A stretch of DNA of 63,818 nt, the filler included, from Asterionella formosa (Eukaryota), in NCBI GenBank assembly GCA_002256025.1. It is 23 parts of 23 records of this genome, joined end to end, with 100 filler letters (N's around TTAATTAATTAA, not from the genome) between each part and the next. Parts side by side here need not be neighbours in the genome. Positions count along the whole stretch, not along the records: positions 11,950 to 38,244 come from NKIB01001765.1; positions 38,345 to 39,956 come from NKIB01001766.1; positions 40,057 to 41,662 come from NKIB01001767.1; positions 41,763 to 43,368 come from NKIB01001768.1; positions 43,469 to 45,074 come from NKIB01001769.1; positions 45,175 to 46,778 come from NKIB01001771.1; positions 46,879 to 48,483 come from NKIB01001772.1; positions 48,584 to 50,187 come from NKIB01001773.1; 15 more parts are not named here. One strand, 5' to 3'. Below are positions 37,275 through 49,735 of this stretch, piece after piece. The first letter of the stretch is position 1. Each line of letters begins with the position of its first letter. The notes under the pieces are model-generated. The model saw only the letters and a program-made list of their open reading frames with translations, ran no database searches and was not told the DNA's origin. The translations under genes were made by a program, and so were the position numbers.

Positions 37275-38344
37275 GTGTATTTGAAATGGATTGGATTTAT
37301 CAAAACAGTTAGCAGTTGTAACCCTCGCTAGCTAAGGTAACCTAGGTTTGAGAATGGAGTACATACCGGTATTTAATATGTCCATCGTTTGCCTCAGGTT
37401 TGCTATGGCCGGAAGTACCTGGTACCTTAGTACCGATCCGACGAAATCAAGTTGCTTCGTCATCGATGGTAAGGTTAGCACCTAGAAAACCTCGAATTCA
37501 ATGAGGAATCAGAAGTTGAAGGTCTCGTGCATAAAGATACAGAACAGTCGTCTCAACATAAATTTCTTTAATATAAAAACGGGCGCGCTTCGAAATCAAA
37601 AAAATGTTTCATCACGTCTACGGTGAAGTATCTAACTAGAAGTAGTAGTATTTGTTGAATATATGAGCTTATTTGTTAATCCTTGTGTGTAACTCGTTCT
37701 CCAAGTCGACACCAAAGTATACAATGAGGGTTAGTCGAGTTCTCTCATTATTGAGTTCTGATACATATATGATATAACACTAACCCTATATACATCTGTA
37801 TTGATGCGCAAGATCGCTCACTCTCCCACACCAAGGGAAAACCTTTTACCTTTGAAAAGGTTTGATGTAATGGATATTAATTCGTTCCGTTGTATGCATA
37901 GTTTGTTGAAAAGTAACTGTACCATAGGATTCGATAGTGATGTAGGAATAACAATACGTCAAGTATCTCCTGGATTCTTTACAAAATACATGAAATGTAT
38001 ATGATGAAAATTGATAGAGGGAAAATTTAACAGATGTGTTTGGTTTGTTGATTGAGAATGAGATGAGTTGTTTGATTGAGAATCAATTGTATATCCAGCA
38101 ATTGTCTATCATGTATTGAGTAATATTCCAGAGGATATTGAATATTGTCTGCCAAAATTGGATGATTGAGGGAACAGGTAAACAAAGGTTCATCATCTAC
38201 TTCAATTGAGAAAGTAGAAATGGATGTTGATGCTGAAGATTTCGNNNNNNNNNNNNNNNNNNNNNNNNNNNNNNNNNNNNNNNNNNNNTTAATTAATTAA
38301 NNNNNNNNNNNNNNNNNNNNNNNNNNNNNNNNNNNNNNNNNNNN

Positions 38345-39115
38345 GCTGAGAAAGCAAACACACCGGCAAGGGACAAAGGATGTGCAGTTGCTGACTGTGC
38401 TCTTGCTCACATAATGAAGCCAGGAGTAGATACTCCTCTCTACAATCTTTTTGATAGTTTCAATTTCGAGATAAACCTGCATGAATGTCTTGCTGCAAAT
38501 ACCTTGAACATGACTATTGATGAAGTTAAGAAACTACCAAAGATTCAACTTCCAAATGCGATCACTACCATGAATGCAAATAATGGTTCGTTTCTGAATC
38601 AAGACATCAAATCCTGTGTAACTGACGAAACGAAAGTGGTTAGTGACAAAGATGCCTTGATCATCCAAGGATCCAGTGGAGTTGATGTGGGTTTTCTTTT
38701 CAAGGAAATGGAAACCTTGAAAGTTTCCCATGCTGAAGAAGCGAAGAGGAGGAGAGATTCTCAAAAGCAAAATTCCAAGAGGTTGAATGAGTTGAATAAT
38801 GAGTTGAATGATTCTCTTGCAGATAGAGCCAAATTTGAGCGCGAATTAGATGCGGTTAAACAAAATGTGGCCAAGATGAAGCCCACACCACAAAGTGATG
38901 GCGGTCTAATGTATGCAGATCATCGTGAAGCTTACAAGGATGAAGTTTGTAGGAATACTCAGGATATTAAGGAGGTAATGGAAAGAGAAAGGAAAGCGTT
39001 AGAACAAATTACAGCTTTAAGTGATGTGATAGCAAAGCTGCAGGAAGAACTTGATGGCATGAAGATGAAAAACCAGCAAAAACGCTCAATACTTTGGAGG
39101 AAGAACATTAAGTGA
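38345..39115 (+). CDS. 3' part of a hypothetical coiled-coil protein
   Basis: The frame is open from the contig start for 256 codons; the C-terminal half is an E/K/L-rich coiled coil. Confidence 0.55.
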   Translation, partial: AEKANTPARDKGCAVADCALAHIMKPGVDTPLYNLFDSFNFEINLHECLAANTLNMTIDEVKKLPKIQLPNAITTMNANNGSFLNQDIKSCVTDETKVVSDKDALIIQGSSGVDVGFLFKEMETLKVSHAEEAKRRRDSQKQNSKRLNELNNELNDSLADRAKFERELDAVKQNVAKMKPTPQSDGGLMYADHREAYKDEVCRNTQDIKEVMERERKALEQITALSDVIAKLQEELDGMKMKNQQKRSILWRKNIK

Positions 39116-40096
39116 AATGTTATCTGTTTTCTTGATGAAGTCATGATAAAAAATGATTAAGATATAACTACATACTAGTGATTTTCTCCTGGTTCGATTC
39201 TCTTTTTCTTTTTCCAACCAATGCTCTACCAAATTGTCGTCATTAGAAAAGATTGCTTGGTGCTGCTGTGGTGCCTCCAAATCCAGAATATGTTTCTGAT
39301 CCCTGGTAGTTGTACATGTGACCTTAGCAATGTCTTGGTGCTGGATACTCATGATCAAACCTGATCCACACTTTCTCAGGTGTTGACAGGAAAAGGTGAT
39401 AATGTGGTGGTGGTGGTGCGCGGTCCTCCCTAATTACTACTTCACTAGGAGGTTGTGATTGACTCCTTTGTTGATGCTTGTATCTTATTTTCTCGATTTT
39501 CCTGTGCAACGACTTTTTGCGAGTCTCATTGATATTACATGCCTCATTGATATTAATAGTTGTTGTTGCTGTAGTAGCTGAACAGCTTTCTCCCTCTGGG
39601 CATGTTGCAATGTCAGGTCTCGTCGAGTATTATCCTTTCGTTCATCATGAACATGAACATGACATGACGACTACGGCGTACTTTTGCTCCTGCTTCATGC
39701 TTTACTTCAGCAGGAGTTGTATCATGAATGATGCCTCCTTTACGTTTCTGCTGGTGGGTCGAGCCAAGACGGATGTGATGTTCACTTTCCTGTCTCAATA
39801 GCCGGAATTGCTCATCCGTCACTCCAAAAAGTCGTCTCGTGGTGCTTCAGTTTCAGTGTCAATAGCTACCGGTAGTGCATCCCCCAGTATCCTTCGAAGA
39901 AACAGGACTTTATCTTTATGGAACGCAAAAAGATGAAAAAAAACAGCGAGTCGGTTNNNNNNNNNNNNNNNNNNNNNNNNNNNNNNNNNNNNNNNNNNNN
40001 TTAATTAATTAANNNNNNNNNNNNNNNNNNNNNNNNNNNNNNNNNNNNNNNNNNNNTATACGATGCTCTTCCGATCTTCATTCATCTCATCCTACC

Positions 40097-41662
40097 ATGC
40101 AAGAATATGGTTGTGGAGCACTTAGGAACTTGGCTGTGAATGAGAACAACAAGGTGACAATTGCTGAAGCAGAAGGCATCACTATGATTCTTTCTGCTAT
40201 GAAGAATCATTCATCAAATGCTAATGTTCAGTTATACTGTTGTGGAGCAATTAAGAACTTGGCTGTGAATGAGAACAACAAGGTGGCAATTGTGGTAGCA
40301 GAAGGTATTACTACAATTCTGTCTGCTATGAAGAATCATTCATCCAATCCTAATGTGCAACACTATGGGTGCGCAGCACTTTGGAACTTGGCTGTAAATC
40401 ACAACAACCAGGTGACAAGAATTGCTGACACAGGAGGTATCACTATTATTTTGTCTGCTATGAAGAAACAAACATCCAATGTAAATGTTCAACAGTGTGG
40501 TTGTGGAGCACTTTGGAACTTGGCTATGAGTGAGAACAACCAAGTAACAATTGCTGCAGATGAAGGTATCACTATGATTCTGCCTGCTATGATGATGCAT
40601 TCACCCAATGCTTGTGTACAGCACTTTGGTACTTGGCTGTTAATGAGAAAAACCAGGTGGTGATTGCTGAAACAGGAGGTATCACTACAATTCTGTCTGA
40701 AGGCTCATTCATCAAATGCTAATGTGCAACACTATGGTTGTTAAGCACTTGGAAATTTGTCCATGAATGACAACAAGCAAGTGATGATTGCTGCAGCACA
40801 AGGTATCACTACAATTCTTTCTGCTACAACAAATCATTCGTTCAATGCTTATGTTCAAGACTATGGTTGTGAACCACTTGGGAACTTGGCTGTGAATGAC
40901 ACAAATAAGGCGACAATTGCTGCAGCCGGAGGTATCAGTATGATTGTGTCTGCTATGAAGAATAATTCATCCAATGCTAATGTGCAACACTTTTGTAGTG
41001 AAGCACTTTTGCATTTGGCCGTCAATGACAACAACTAAGAGGGGATTGCTGCAGCAGAAGGTATCACTACAATTCTCTCTGCTATGATGAGACATTCATC
41101 CTATGCTATTGTTCAGCACAATGGTTGTGGAGCTCTTCTAAACTTGGCTGTGAATGACAACAACAAGGTGACAATTGCTGATGCTGAAGCTATCACTATG
41201 ATCCTTTCTGCTTGGCTGCGAATGAGAACAACAAGGTGGCAATCATGGCGGCAGAAGTTATTTTTATGGTTCTTTCTGCTATGAAGAATCATTCATCAAA
41301 TGCTATTGTGCAAGAATATGGTTGTGCAGCACTTTTGAACTTGGCTTCAAATGACAACGACCAGGTGGCAATTGCTGAAGCAGAAGGTATCACTACAATT
41401 CTGTCAGCTATGAAGAATCATTCATCCAATGCAGATTTTCAACACTATTGTTGTGGAGCACTTAGGAACTTGGCTGTGAATGAGAACAACAAGGTGACAA
41501 TTGCTGATGCTGAAGCTATCACTTTGATTTTGTCTGCTATGAAGAATCATTCATCCAATGCAGATGTTCAACACACTTTGGTTGTGGAGCACTTAGGAAC
41601 TTGGCTGTGAATGACAAAAACAAGGTGGCAATTGCTGCAACAGAAGGTATCTCTAAAATTCT
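40097..41662 (+). pseudogene. Armadillo-repeat (aardvark-like) tandem array, decayed
   Basis: About 12 units of about 126 nt encode QEYGCGALRNLAVNENNKVTIAEAEGITTILSAMKNHSSNANV. Stops at about 40742 and 41036; frameshifts or deletions at about 40630, 41210 and 41578. Confidence 0.9.
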
Positions 41663-43595
41663 NNNNNNNNNNNNNNNNNNNNNNNNNNNNNNNNNNNNNN
41701 NNNNNNTTAATTAATTAANNNNNNNNNNNNNNNNNNNNNNNNNNNNNNNNNNNNNNNNNNNNATCAAATAATTAACGTGATGTATTCAGATAATATATAG
41801 ATATATTCAAGTAAGCATTTTGATGTATTCAACTAATTCATGTGATCCATTCAAAATCAACTAGGCTTATTTACGTGATGGTCACTTCAAGTAATACGCG
41901 GCTTAGATGTAGCTAGCTAGTATGAAAAATCTTGCACATTGTGAGTTTAGCTACATGCACTTGCATCGCTCATGAAGCCCTTTGTTGAGGAGCGAGTCAA
42001 TCAGACCAATGATAGTAGGCTTATGGAGTTCAATCATTTCTTAAATCATTCAAAGAATCATGTTATTTGTGTGAATTTTTAACTATGCAACCTGCTTTAT
42101 CAGCTTGCAGCAAATGGTGGACCCTTAGTGACAAATATTCATGACATGGTGATAGTTAATCCAGAAAGCTTGTTTCATTTCAACAATCAAAAAAGCGCCT
42201 GAGTTTAAAAAATTTGAAATCAGTAATTAATAGGTGAACATATTCAAAGGGGTTTTCTAGCAATGAGAACAGGGTGGTAAATCGATGATAGCTGGCAATC
42301 CATTGGGCTTGAATTGGTGACAAAAACAAAGAAGTATGACTCTATACTAGCTAGGCATGGATGGTTAACAGAATAAATCAGACAACTTTATAATCAACAA
42401 ACATGTTCATGGCTGTTATGATGTCTAGTCATCAACATTCTATTTTAAAATCACATCCACACATGCATGAGCTGTTAGAATGGTGGTCGCATTACCAACA
42501 TGCAACTGTCAAAACATAATACAACCCAAAGTTCACTCACAATTTAGCTGCATACTAGCTAGTAGCTGGTATTTCAGAGATTGATGAGACAGCATGGACT
42601 TCGGTTGATTGCAGTGATAAGCAATCGTTGCTTCATACAAATGAGCACAAATGTTGTGATGACAAAGGTGAACTGTGGCAAACTCTAGACTGATCATATA
42701 TGGTTTTGCAATACTGGTACTTTATGACAAGGGCAACGAAAAGTTCATGCTGACAACGATTCATTCACACACCGGGGTATTGTTGATCCCTGGAACATAC
42801 AGTGTCACGTTATTTGTACGCAGACAATATTCGTAATATTGTAGGTAGTTTGAATACCGGTACATACTGATAAATTCATTTACCGGCATGCGTATCCAGG
42901 TGGTCATGCCACCCAGTATTATGCTCTCTTTTATCCACCAGTATGTACCTGTTATTGGTAAAATTCAACCCAAGTTGTATTTTTCTGTAGACCCCTGGTA
43001 TTGTCCTACTCAGGACATGATGGTACCTTGACAGTATTGACAACATTTTACCGTGGTAAAATTAGGTACTGACCTCCAAGAATTTCAACCCGGTTGCATT
43101 GGCGGTTGAATTTTTCCTCTTCTTTTGGTTGAATTTTCAACTCAGATTAGTCGTATATTGTTGTAACCTCTTGGGAAATTCAACCACTGCACCATCATAA
43201 ATGAATCTTATTTGTCCATGTACGTAAGATTTATATTTAGTAAATGCATTCAGCCACATGAAATGCTTGCGCCTATCAACACCACTGCAATATCGCCCTC
43301 ATCCCTACTAAGCTCCTGCCCTCCCACAAGCACAACATCAAGAGGCCGAATTGGATATGGAGAATCCTNNNNNNNNNNNNNNNNNNNNNNNNNNNNNNNN
43401 NNNNNNNNNNNNTTAATTAATTAANNNNNNNNNNNNNNNNNNNNNNNNNNNNNNNNNNNNNNNNNNNNGGAATCACAGGAACCCTTGAATACATTGCCAT
43501 GTTTGTTGTCTTCTAATTCGACTCTTTTTGAATTCAAAGTGAAGTATCTAACTAGAAGTAGTAGTATTTATTGAATATATGAGCTTATTAATTAA

Positions 43596-45074
43596 GGTTC
43601 CTGCATTTGAACCCCTAGCTCGAGGTAGGGTTAAAAAAATAATATTTAGTCAGAGTAGTCAAACATAGACTTCTTACGAGTAAAACGTAAATGTATATCG
43701 CTAAACGGAGCTTTCACCAATACACACCCTTTCCATGTGCTTGAATACAGTCATTTATCAAAGTAGGGGTATAGGTCAACGCTATATATCGTCAGGATAT
43801 AGGATCTGGCGAGAAACTGCAGAAAGGAACTTCGGTTTTTAACTATGCTGAAAATAGTGGATTTTACCGGGCTAACTCGTTTATTTGGCCTAGTAAAAAA
43901 ACCGAAGTTCCTTTCTGCAGTTTCTCGCCGACAGTTAACTTCTGGGGCTATATGAAGATTACCTATGTACTTAGTCTAACTCTTCTTCAAACCCTGCCAA
44001 CGTAAAGCTATCGTCGTCCAAAAATTCGACAATATCGGCCTTTTCAACGGTCAACAAAACTTCGGAATCAGAATCACTAATCGCTGAAACGTCATCATCG
44101 GAATAGGAGTCTTGTGATTCGATTTTTCGTCCTACAATCGCCTGTAAAAAAATTCCATTGTAAGTGCACGCTTCACTATATATATTTTGATTGGTCAAGT
44201 TCAATTACTTACCGACAATTGATTGGGCTGGTTTGCGCGGTCTTGCAAACCCAAGCTGGCCACACTGGATGCACATGTAACATTTTCTTGGGTGTTGGCC
44301 GGTACAATATCCACAGTAGTAGGTAGCTGATCATCATTGATCATACGCATACCAGTGTGATCAGGCACTTTGCCTGCCGGTACATTGAATGGACAGAGTG
44401 CGCTGCTTTTCCTTTGATGATCATTGCGGCCACAATGATTGCAGACATTTGTTCCTTTCCTTCTTGTTTCCTGATGTTCCCTTCTGGTGAGCGCAACACC
44501 AGAAACGTAAGTCTTACCTGATTTGTTGTCTTGCCTTTCCTGTTTGACTGTTTCGAATCGTGCTGAATGTATTTTTTCGCTTCGTTTCCTCTTTCTTTTG
44601 AATTGTGCTTTATAGGCTCCATCGTCACTTCGTCGCTTTTTTTTGTCTCCAGAAGGGTTCTTGCAGTGCTGACATTTGCATTCCACATTGCTTGTATGCA
44701 TTCCTTGTATATTGTGTTGCTCCTTGTGTGTGATGCCCAGCAACCGAAGCCACTCGATACTGAAGGCCTCCAGATCCCGCAAACACCTTATTGGACATCG
44801 TTGCGACACTGCATTGTGCATTGCCTCATTAATCTGCATGTCAAAGGGATGATGCAACGATAGTAGCTTTTCGCCTTCGACTTTCGTTGCAACATGCAGC
44901 ATTAACCATTTGTATAAATCTTTTTCTTTTTCCTTTTCCTTGTCATGATGCATACCAGTGTGATCAGGCACTTTGCCTGCCGGTACATTGAATGGACAGA
45001 GTGCGCTGCTTTTCCTTTGATGATCATTGCGGCCACAATGATTGCAGACATTTGTTCCTTTCCTTCTTGTTTCC
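43596..45074 (-). mobile_element. 3' end of a DNA transposon, possibly Kolobok-like (TTAA target, GG terminus), with decayed transposase C-terminus
   Basis: TTAA|GGTTCCTGC at 43592-43604. ORF 44201-44971 has HPFDMQINEAMHNAVSQRCP (TQ.NE..N......PK-type motif) and a CNHCGRNDHQRKSSALCP knuckle. There is an internal 125-nt direct duplication. Confidence 0.5.
43808..43929. repeat. Perfect 33-bp inverted repeat with a 56-nt loop
   Basis: GGCGAGAAACTGCAGAAAGGAACTTCGGTTTTT (43808-43840) and its exact reverse complement (43897-43929). Confidence 0.95.
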
Positions 45075-45174
45075 NNNNNNNNNNNNNNNNNNNNNNNNNN
45101 NNNNNNNNNNNNNNNNNNTTAATTAATTAANNNNNNNNNNNNNNNNNNNNNNNNNNNNNNNNNNNNNNNNNNNN

Positions 45175-45819
45175 GCCAGGATGATCAATTGCTGGGATTA
45201 CAAATATGGAATGACTCGTCCCCTTTCAGTGATTCAATAGCTCCTTTTCGATTTGGTGGCTGGCCAACCATCAATGTGGACAAAAGAAATCGGTAAGTGC
45301 TATCATCGATCTTTGGATCAATCCACAACTGTTAGAAAAACTGACACATATGTGTTGCTTCTTTCAGGATAATGGTAGACAAACAGTATTTGTAAGTTAC
45401 AAACAGCAGTGTTGGAGCCCATTTAGTGATTGATACATTGCTTCTCATTCAATCTTCAACTGACACATTCTTTTACAGAAATATGCATCAGTTACTTCCT
45501 CAATTTGTGGTAAGTGAAGATAGAAGCGAAATGCATGTTGTTGTGTAAGCAAAACATGAACAGCTAACAGTGAATTGCTTCTCTTTGTTAGTATCATGGC
45601 TGATTGGAACAACGAAACGGATTCAATAGTGCGTGAATGCAAACTCAGAACCCTCAGGAGTAAATGGAACAAAGAAGCAGGGGAACAACGGCAGTGAATG
45701 GCAACCGGTACAACAACCTTCAGAATTGGATTGGGGGTAATGTGGAAGTGAAAGTCACCTATCATTGCGATGAGAGCATTGTAGAAAATTCTGTAGCCAC
45801 TCAAGATATAGAAACATAA
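45175..45819 (+). pseudogene. Intron-rich decayed gene with 24-nt and 31-nt micro-exons
   Basis: GTAAGT...AG introns at 45293-45367, 45392-45478 and 45510-45591. Splicing keeps one frame (…GWPTINVDKRNRIMVDKQYLNMHQLLPQFVYHG*). The last exon has TGA, TGA and TAA stops. Confidence 0.65.
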
Positions 45820-46878
45820 AACCATTCTTAAATATAGTTCTAAATTTCGATCAATTTCATCCTATTTTAGACAGTGATATCGATGAGAATTACGATCATG
45901 CTAAGATAGATGTATGACAAAAGTATACACATCATATGACCATGTTTAACTAATTATATGATGCAAAAAAAACAATGGTATTATAACTATGATAGTATCG
46001 TCATACTTCAAGCTTGGTAAAAGTTTACTGCATGATCATAATTATATGATACATTGATCATATTTTTGATTGAAAAACTATCATATATGTAAATATCCTG
46101 TGCCACTTAGCATACGATACCCTTGATCCTATATTCATGATAGTTTTTATTTACAGACATAGGGTAAGATAAGGATGACTCTCAGTTTATAGGTGGTGAG
46201 TACCAGTTATAATACTTTGCATTATTGTGTTCTCTTGTTGTGCATTGAGTCATGTGGACTGTTGAGGAGGAATATATTCATATGGATTAATTACTATTTT
46301 ATGTGAATAGAAGCTTGAGGGAGGTATGGAACAGTAAGAACCGTCTTTTACTGCAACTTCCAGGTACCGTACTGCTACTACGTAGCATGATGTATTGTCG
46401 AATTTGTTTACATAGATCAACAACCGAACAAAGAAGATGCAGCAGACGAGAAGGAGAAACCGTCCTATGTACCGGTAATATATAGTAGTACATAGGCATC
46501 ATTGCCCGATGCATATAGAGTGTGATGGTTACATACTTCTACGCACATACCGGTACGATAGTCTGTGATTCCGACACAGAGGGAACACTTCTCGTGCTGC
46601 TCCTGCTGCTGCTGCTGCTGCTGGCTAAAATTAATCATATCTGCAAATTAACGAACTACCTACCCGGTAGACGATCCGTTTTTATGCTGGAACTGATCCA
46701 CTGCTCATCAATACAGTGCGTATCCTCAAATCTCCCTCGATGATGGGAGCACATATCAAAGAAAATATATACCAGTACNNNNNNNNNNNNNNNNNNNNNN
46801 NNNNNNNNNNNNNNNNNNNNNNTTAATTAATTAANNNNNNNNNNNNNNNNNNNNNNNNNNNNNNNNNNNNNNNNNNNN

Positions 46879-48432
46879 TCGAAAGCGCCTCGACAAGGCA
46901 ATGCCTTGCCTCGAAAGAAATTGTCTCCTGAAGAGTTGGTCAGTGTTCAGTTTTGTCTTAACAATGTGATTAGGGAGCTATAAGCTAAGAAGGCTAAGAA
47001 TGGTGGAAAAATGCCTTATGGTGCTATTTCTAGGACAGTATCAGCTAAGCAATGCATTTTCCCTTGGATATCTGTTAACCAAGTGAAGAATGAACTAAAA
47101 CAAAGTGCTAAACTAGAAGTTAAGTCTAGTACTACTAGTATGTATACTACTTCTGGTTCGTCCCTCTTTCAGCCATCAACTGCAACCATGGTGTCTACAT
47201 TGACACCTGACCATTGTGGCCCTACTAAACCCCAACTCTTGAATGCTGATGGCAGCTTTGCCTTGTTATTTCCCAGTAATCTCATTCATAATTCATATAA
47301 AATTGTCGAGGAGGAAGAAGATGACAACAATGAAGGTGTGAGTGAGCATTATGATAGTCAGTTTACAATGATGGGCACTTTGGCATATGAAACTGGAAAC
47401 AATGGTGTGCTTACCTGGGGAAGTTTGGAGGCAAATACAAAAACAACGAAAACAAACAAGGAGGACATGAGTAGTACAACTATACAACTGTTGGTGGATG
47501 GCCCAAAGGTGCCACCATTAGCAACAAACCCCAGATGCAAAATGCATTGATTGAAGCAACAGATGAGTACATGAATAAAATGCTAGACAGCAAAAATAAC
47601 AACAAACGTACCTCCAAAGGAACAATTTCTTTGATCATTGATGCTGCCAAGGAAAGGAATGGAATACCTGCAAATTCTGCCACACCAAACAAGAAAGCAA
47701 TTTATGAACAAGGATGGTATCCCCTGAACTATAATGTCTTGCTTCACCCTGAGATTCAACTAGTAACCCAACCACGACACAACAGAACATCAATGCGCCC
47801 ACAGAGACTGCCACTCTCCCTCCTGATGAGTTAAACCTCCAAACTGGCTTTTCTGGAACAATTGTTGGAAGAATTAACAAGTTTTGCAAATGCGAGGATG
47901 TGCGAAATGGAATCGACCGGGACGCCGCCCAAGCTAGTAGACAGAGAAGGGAGACAGCGGATTCACACATTGAGGGACACAAGAAGAGGATAGCAGCAGG
48001 ACTTCTGGCCTCTGCACAAACCTTTACCCTTGGGCCAAATATTCTTGCTGTTACACTGGAACGGAAGCGAATTTCAGACATTGTCATTAGTACAAAAGAA
48101 ACAAAAAGGCAACAAGAATTCAATACACTTCGCGGAAAAGTACTTACATTGAAGGAATAGAACAGAACAAAACAAAAGAACAGATGTCTGTGCAAGAATT
48201 GAAATTAATGGTGCGTTGGTACAAACGATCAGGGGATTTGCCGGTTCCACAAACAAGGCAAGCTCTGATTACAAGATTCGACGATACCAATCACCGTGGT
48301 GACCAGCAGCCGCCATTCCCTCTCCATGCACCTCCTATTGCTGTGGTTGTTGTTACTGCACCTCCTCCTGTTGCTATTCCCTTTCCTTCTACAACTGCTA
48401 CTGCCGATCCACCATTCCGTGATGAAGTTTGA
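46879..48432 (+). mobile_element. Internally deleted pogo/Tigger-like (Tc1-mariner) transposase remnant
   Basis: N-terminal MPYGAIS and GTISLIIDAAKERNGI are joined directly to the post-catalytic NKKAIYEQGWYPLNYNVLLHPEI, followed by SVQELKLMVRWYKRSGDLPVP. No DDE core; several frameshifts. Confidence 0.55.
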
Positions 48433-48583
48433 GACTCCGCAAGCAAGAAATTAGATGCAAAGAAGCTCGAGATTAATGTAATGNNNNNNNNNNNNNNNNN
48501 NNNNNNNNNNNNNNNNNNNNNNNNNNNTTAATTAATTAANNNNNNNNNNNNNNNNNNNNNNNNNNNNNNNNNNNNNNNNNNNN

Positions 48584-49223
48584 CAATGATCACTTGGTTG
48601 TCCTTGTTGGTGGCGAAAGAGATCATCGCCCTACAAGAATGCTCTTGAATCTCTGGTCGATCGGAGCGCTCTCGCATCTCAGCAAGAACCGCGCTTATTT
48701 CTCTTGTGGCTGTGTCACTGTTCCACTCGTTATTGTGAATATTGAAACCCAATTCATTCCATGTCGCTGAATTGTTTTGCTCCTCAAAACTAACAGTGGG
48801 AACAATATTAAGTGCATGTGCCATGGCAAGTGGAGGATCCGAGACTGGCAAGGACCCCTCCTCAGTGCGTATCACTTCCACCGGCACTGCATCATTTATA
48901 GGGGCGGAATACTGTGACGGTGAGGGTAGTGATGAGTAGGATGCAATGGTGGAGGCGGAAGAGGACGCAGCAGCAAAGTCCATTCTGCTATTGCGTTGAT
49001 TGAACGATTCGTTCCATTCCGCAGCACAGCGATAGCACTCCGACTTGATGACGGACCATCCTCCAAATCTTTTTTTTTGTCTCAATTGAACGTCGTTGTG
49101 TTTGTTACAAAATCCAGCTTCAGTGAACTTGACTTCTGCTCCATACTGCGTGAGAACTGGAGCTTCATGATTGTGAGGGGCAAACATTTGCAAGTTGCCG
49201 GTTATAAATCCTTGATTTGCCAT
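48584..49223 (-). CDS. 5' part of an armadillo-repeat protein with an N-terminal C-H-C-C motif, truncated by the contig end
   Basis: GFCNKHNDVQLRQKKRFGGWSVIKSECYRC, then a Ser/Pro linker, then an ARM repeat (ISAVLAEMRERSDRPEIQEHSCRAMISFATNKDNQVII). Confidence 0.7.
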
Positions 49224-49735
49224 CGTGTGGCTAGTTTCTCGTAGTGTTGCGTCTTATTTGCTGGCAACGTTTTCTTCGATATCCTTTCGGTTGTTTTTAT
49301 AATATATATTATGATGTGGTGAAATCGAGGATGTATGACTGAGCGGAAGGAAGCCGAACATAGTTGATTTTTTCCATGACTGAAACATCATTTAAGATTT
49401 CTACTGGTATCTGGTATTTACCACGGCGCCCTGAAAATATTAATTAGAGGATTGGAGAACTTTTATAATCCGTCACTTCTCGTCGCTAGCATCCTGAAAT
49501 TTAGGTCCAACCCCCTACCGTATTACACGGGTATAAAAATGGCAAGTACAAATGCACAGACGAGAATGGCTTCTACTTCGTCCGGCATTTCGCACCCATC
49601 ATCAATAGCTCATGATCCTCATGCAGAAAGTCCTGATCGTAAATTGGAGGAGGTCTACATAAATCTTATTGTAGCTACATAATGCGCATTACGGGATCAT
49701 ATGTATAGTGTGTAGTTCGTAAATACGACTATCAT

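Noticed and set aside
39086..39822. Short minus-strand ORFs as a gene
   Set aside because: Low-complexity fragments in different frames with no convincing splice path or motif.
41763..43368. Contig with short AATTCAACC/GGTTGAATT motifs near 42960-43190
   Set aside because: Possibly a transposon subterminal region, but there is no ORF, terminus or second copy in the window to support a call.
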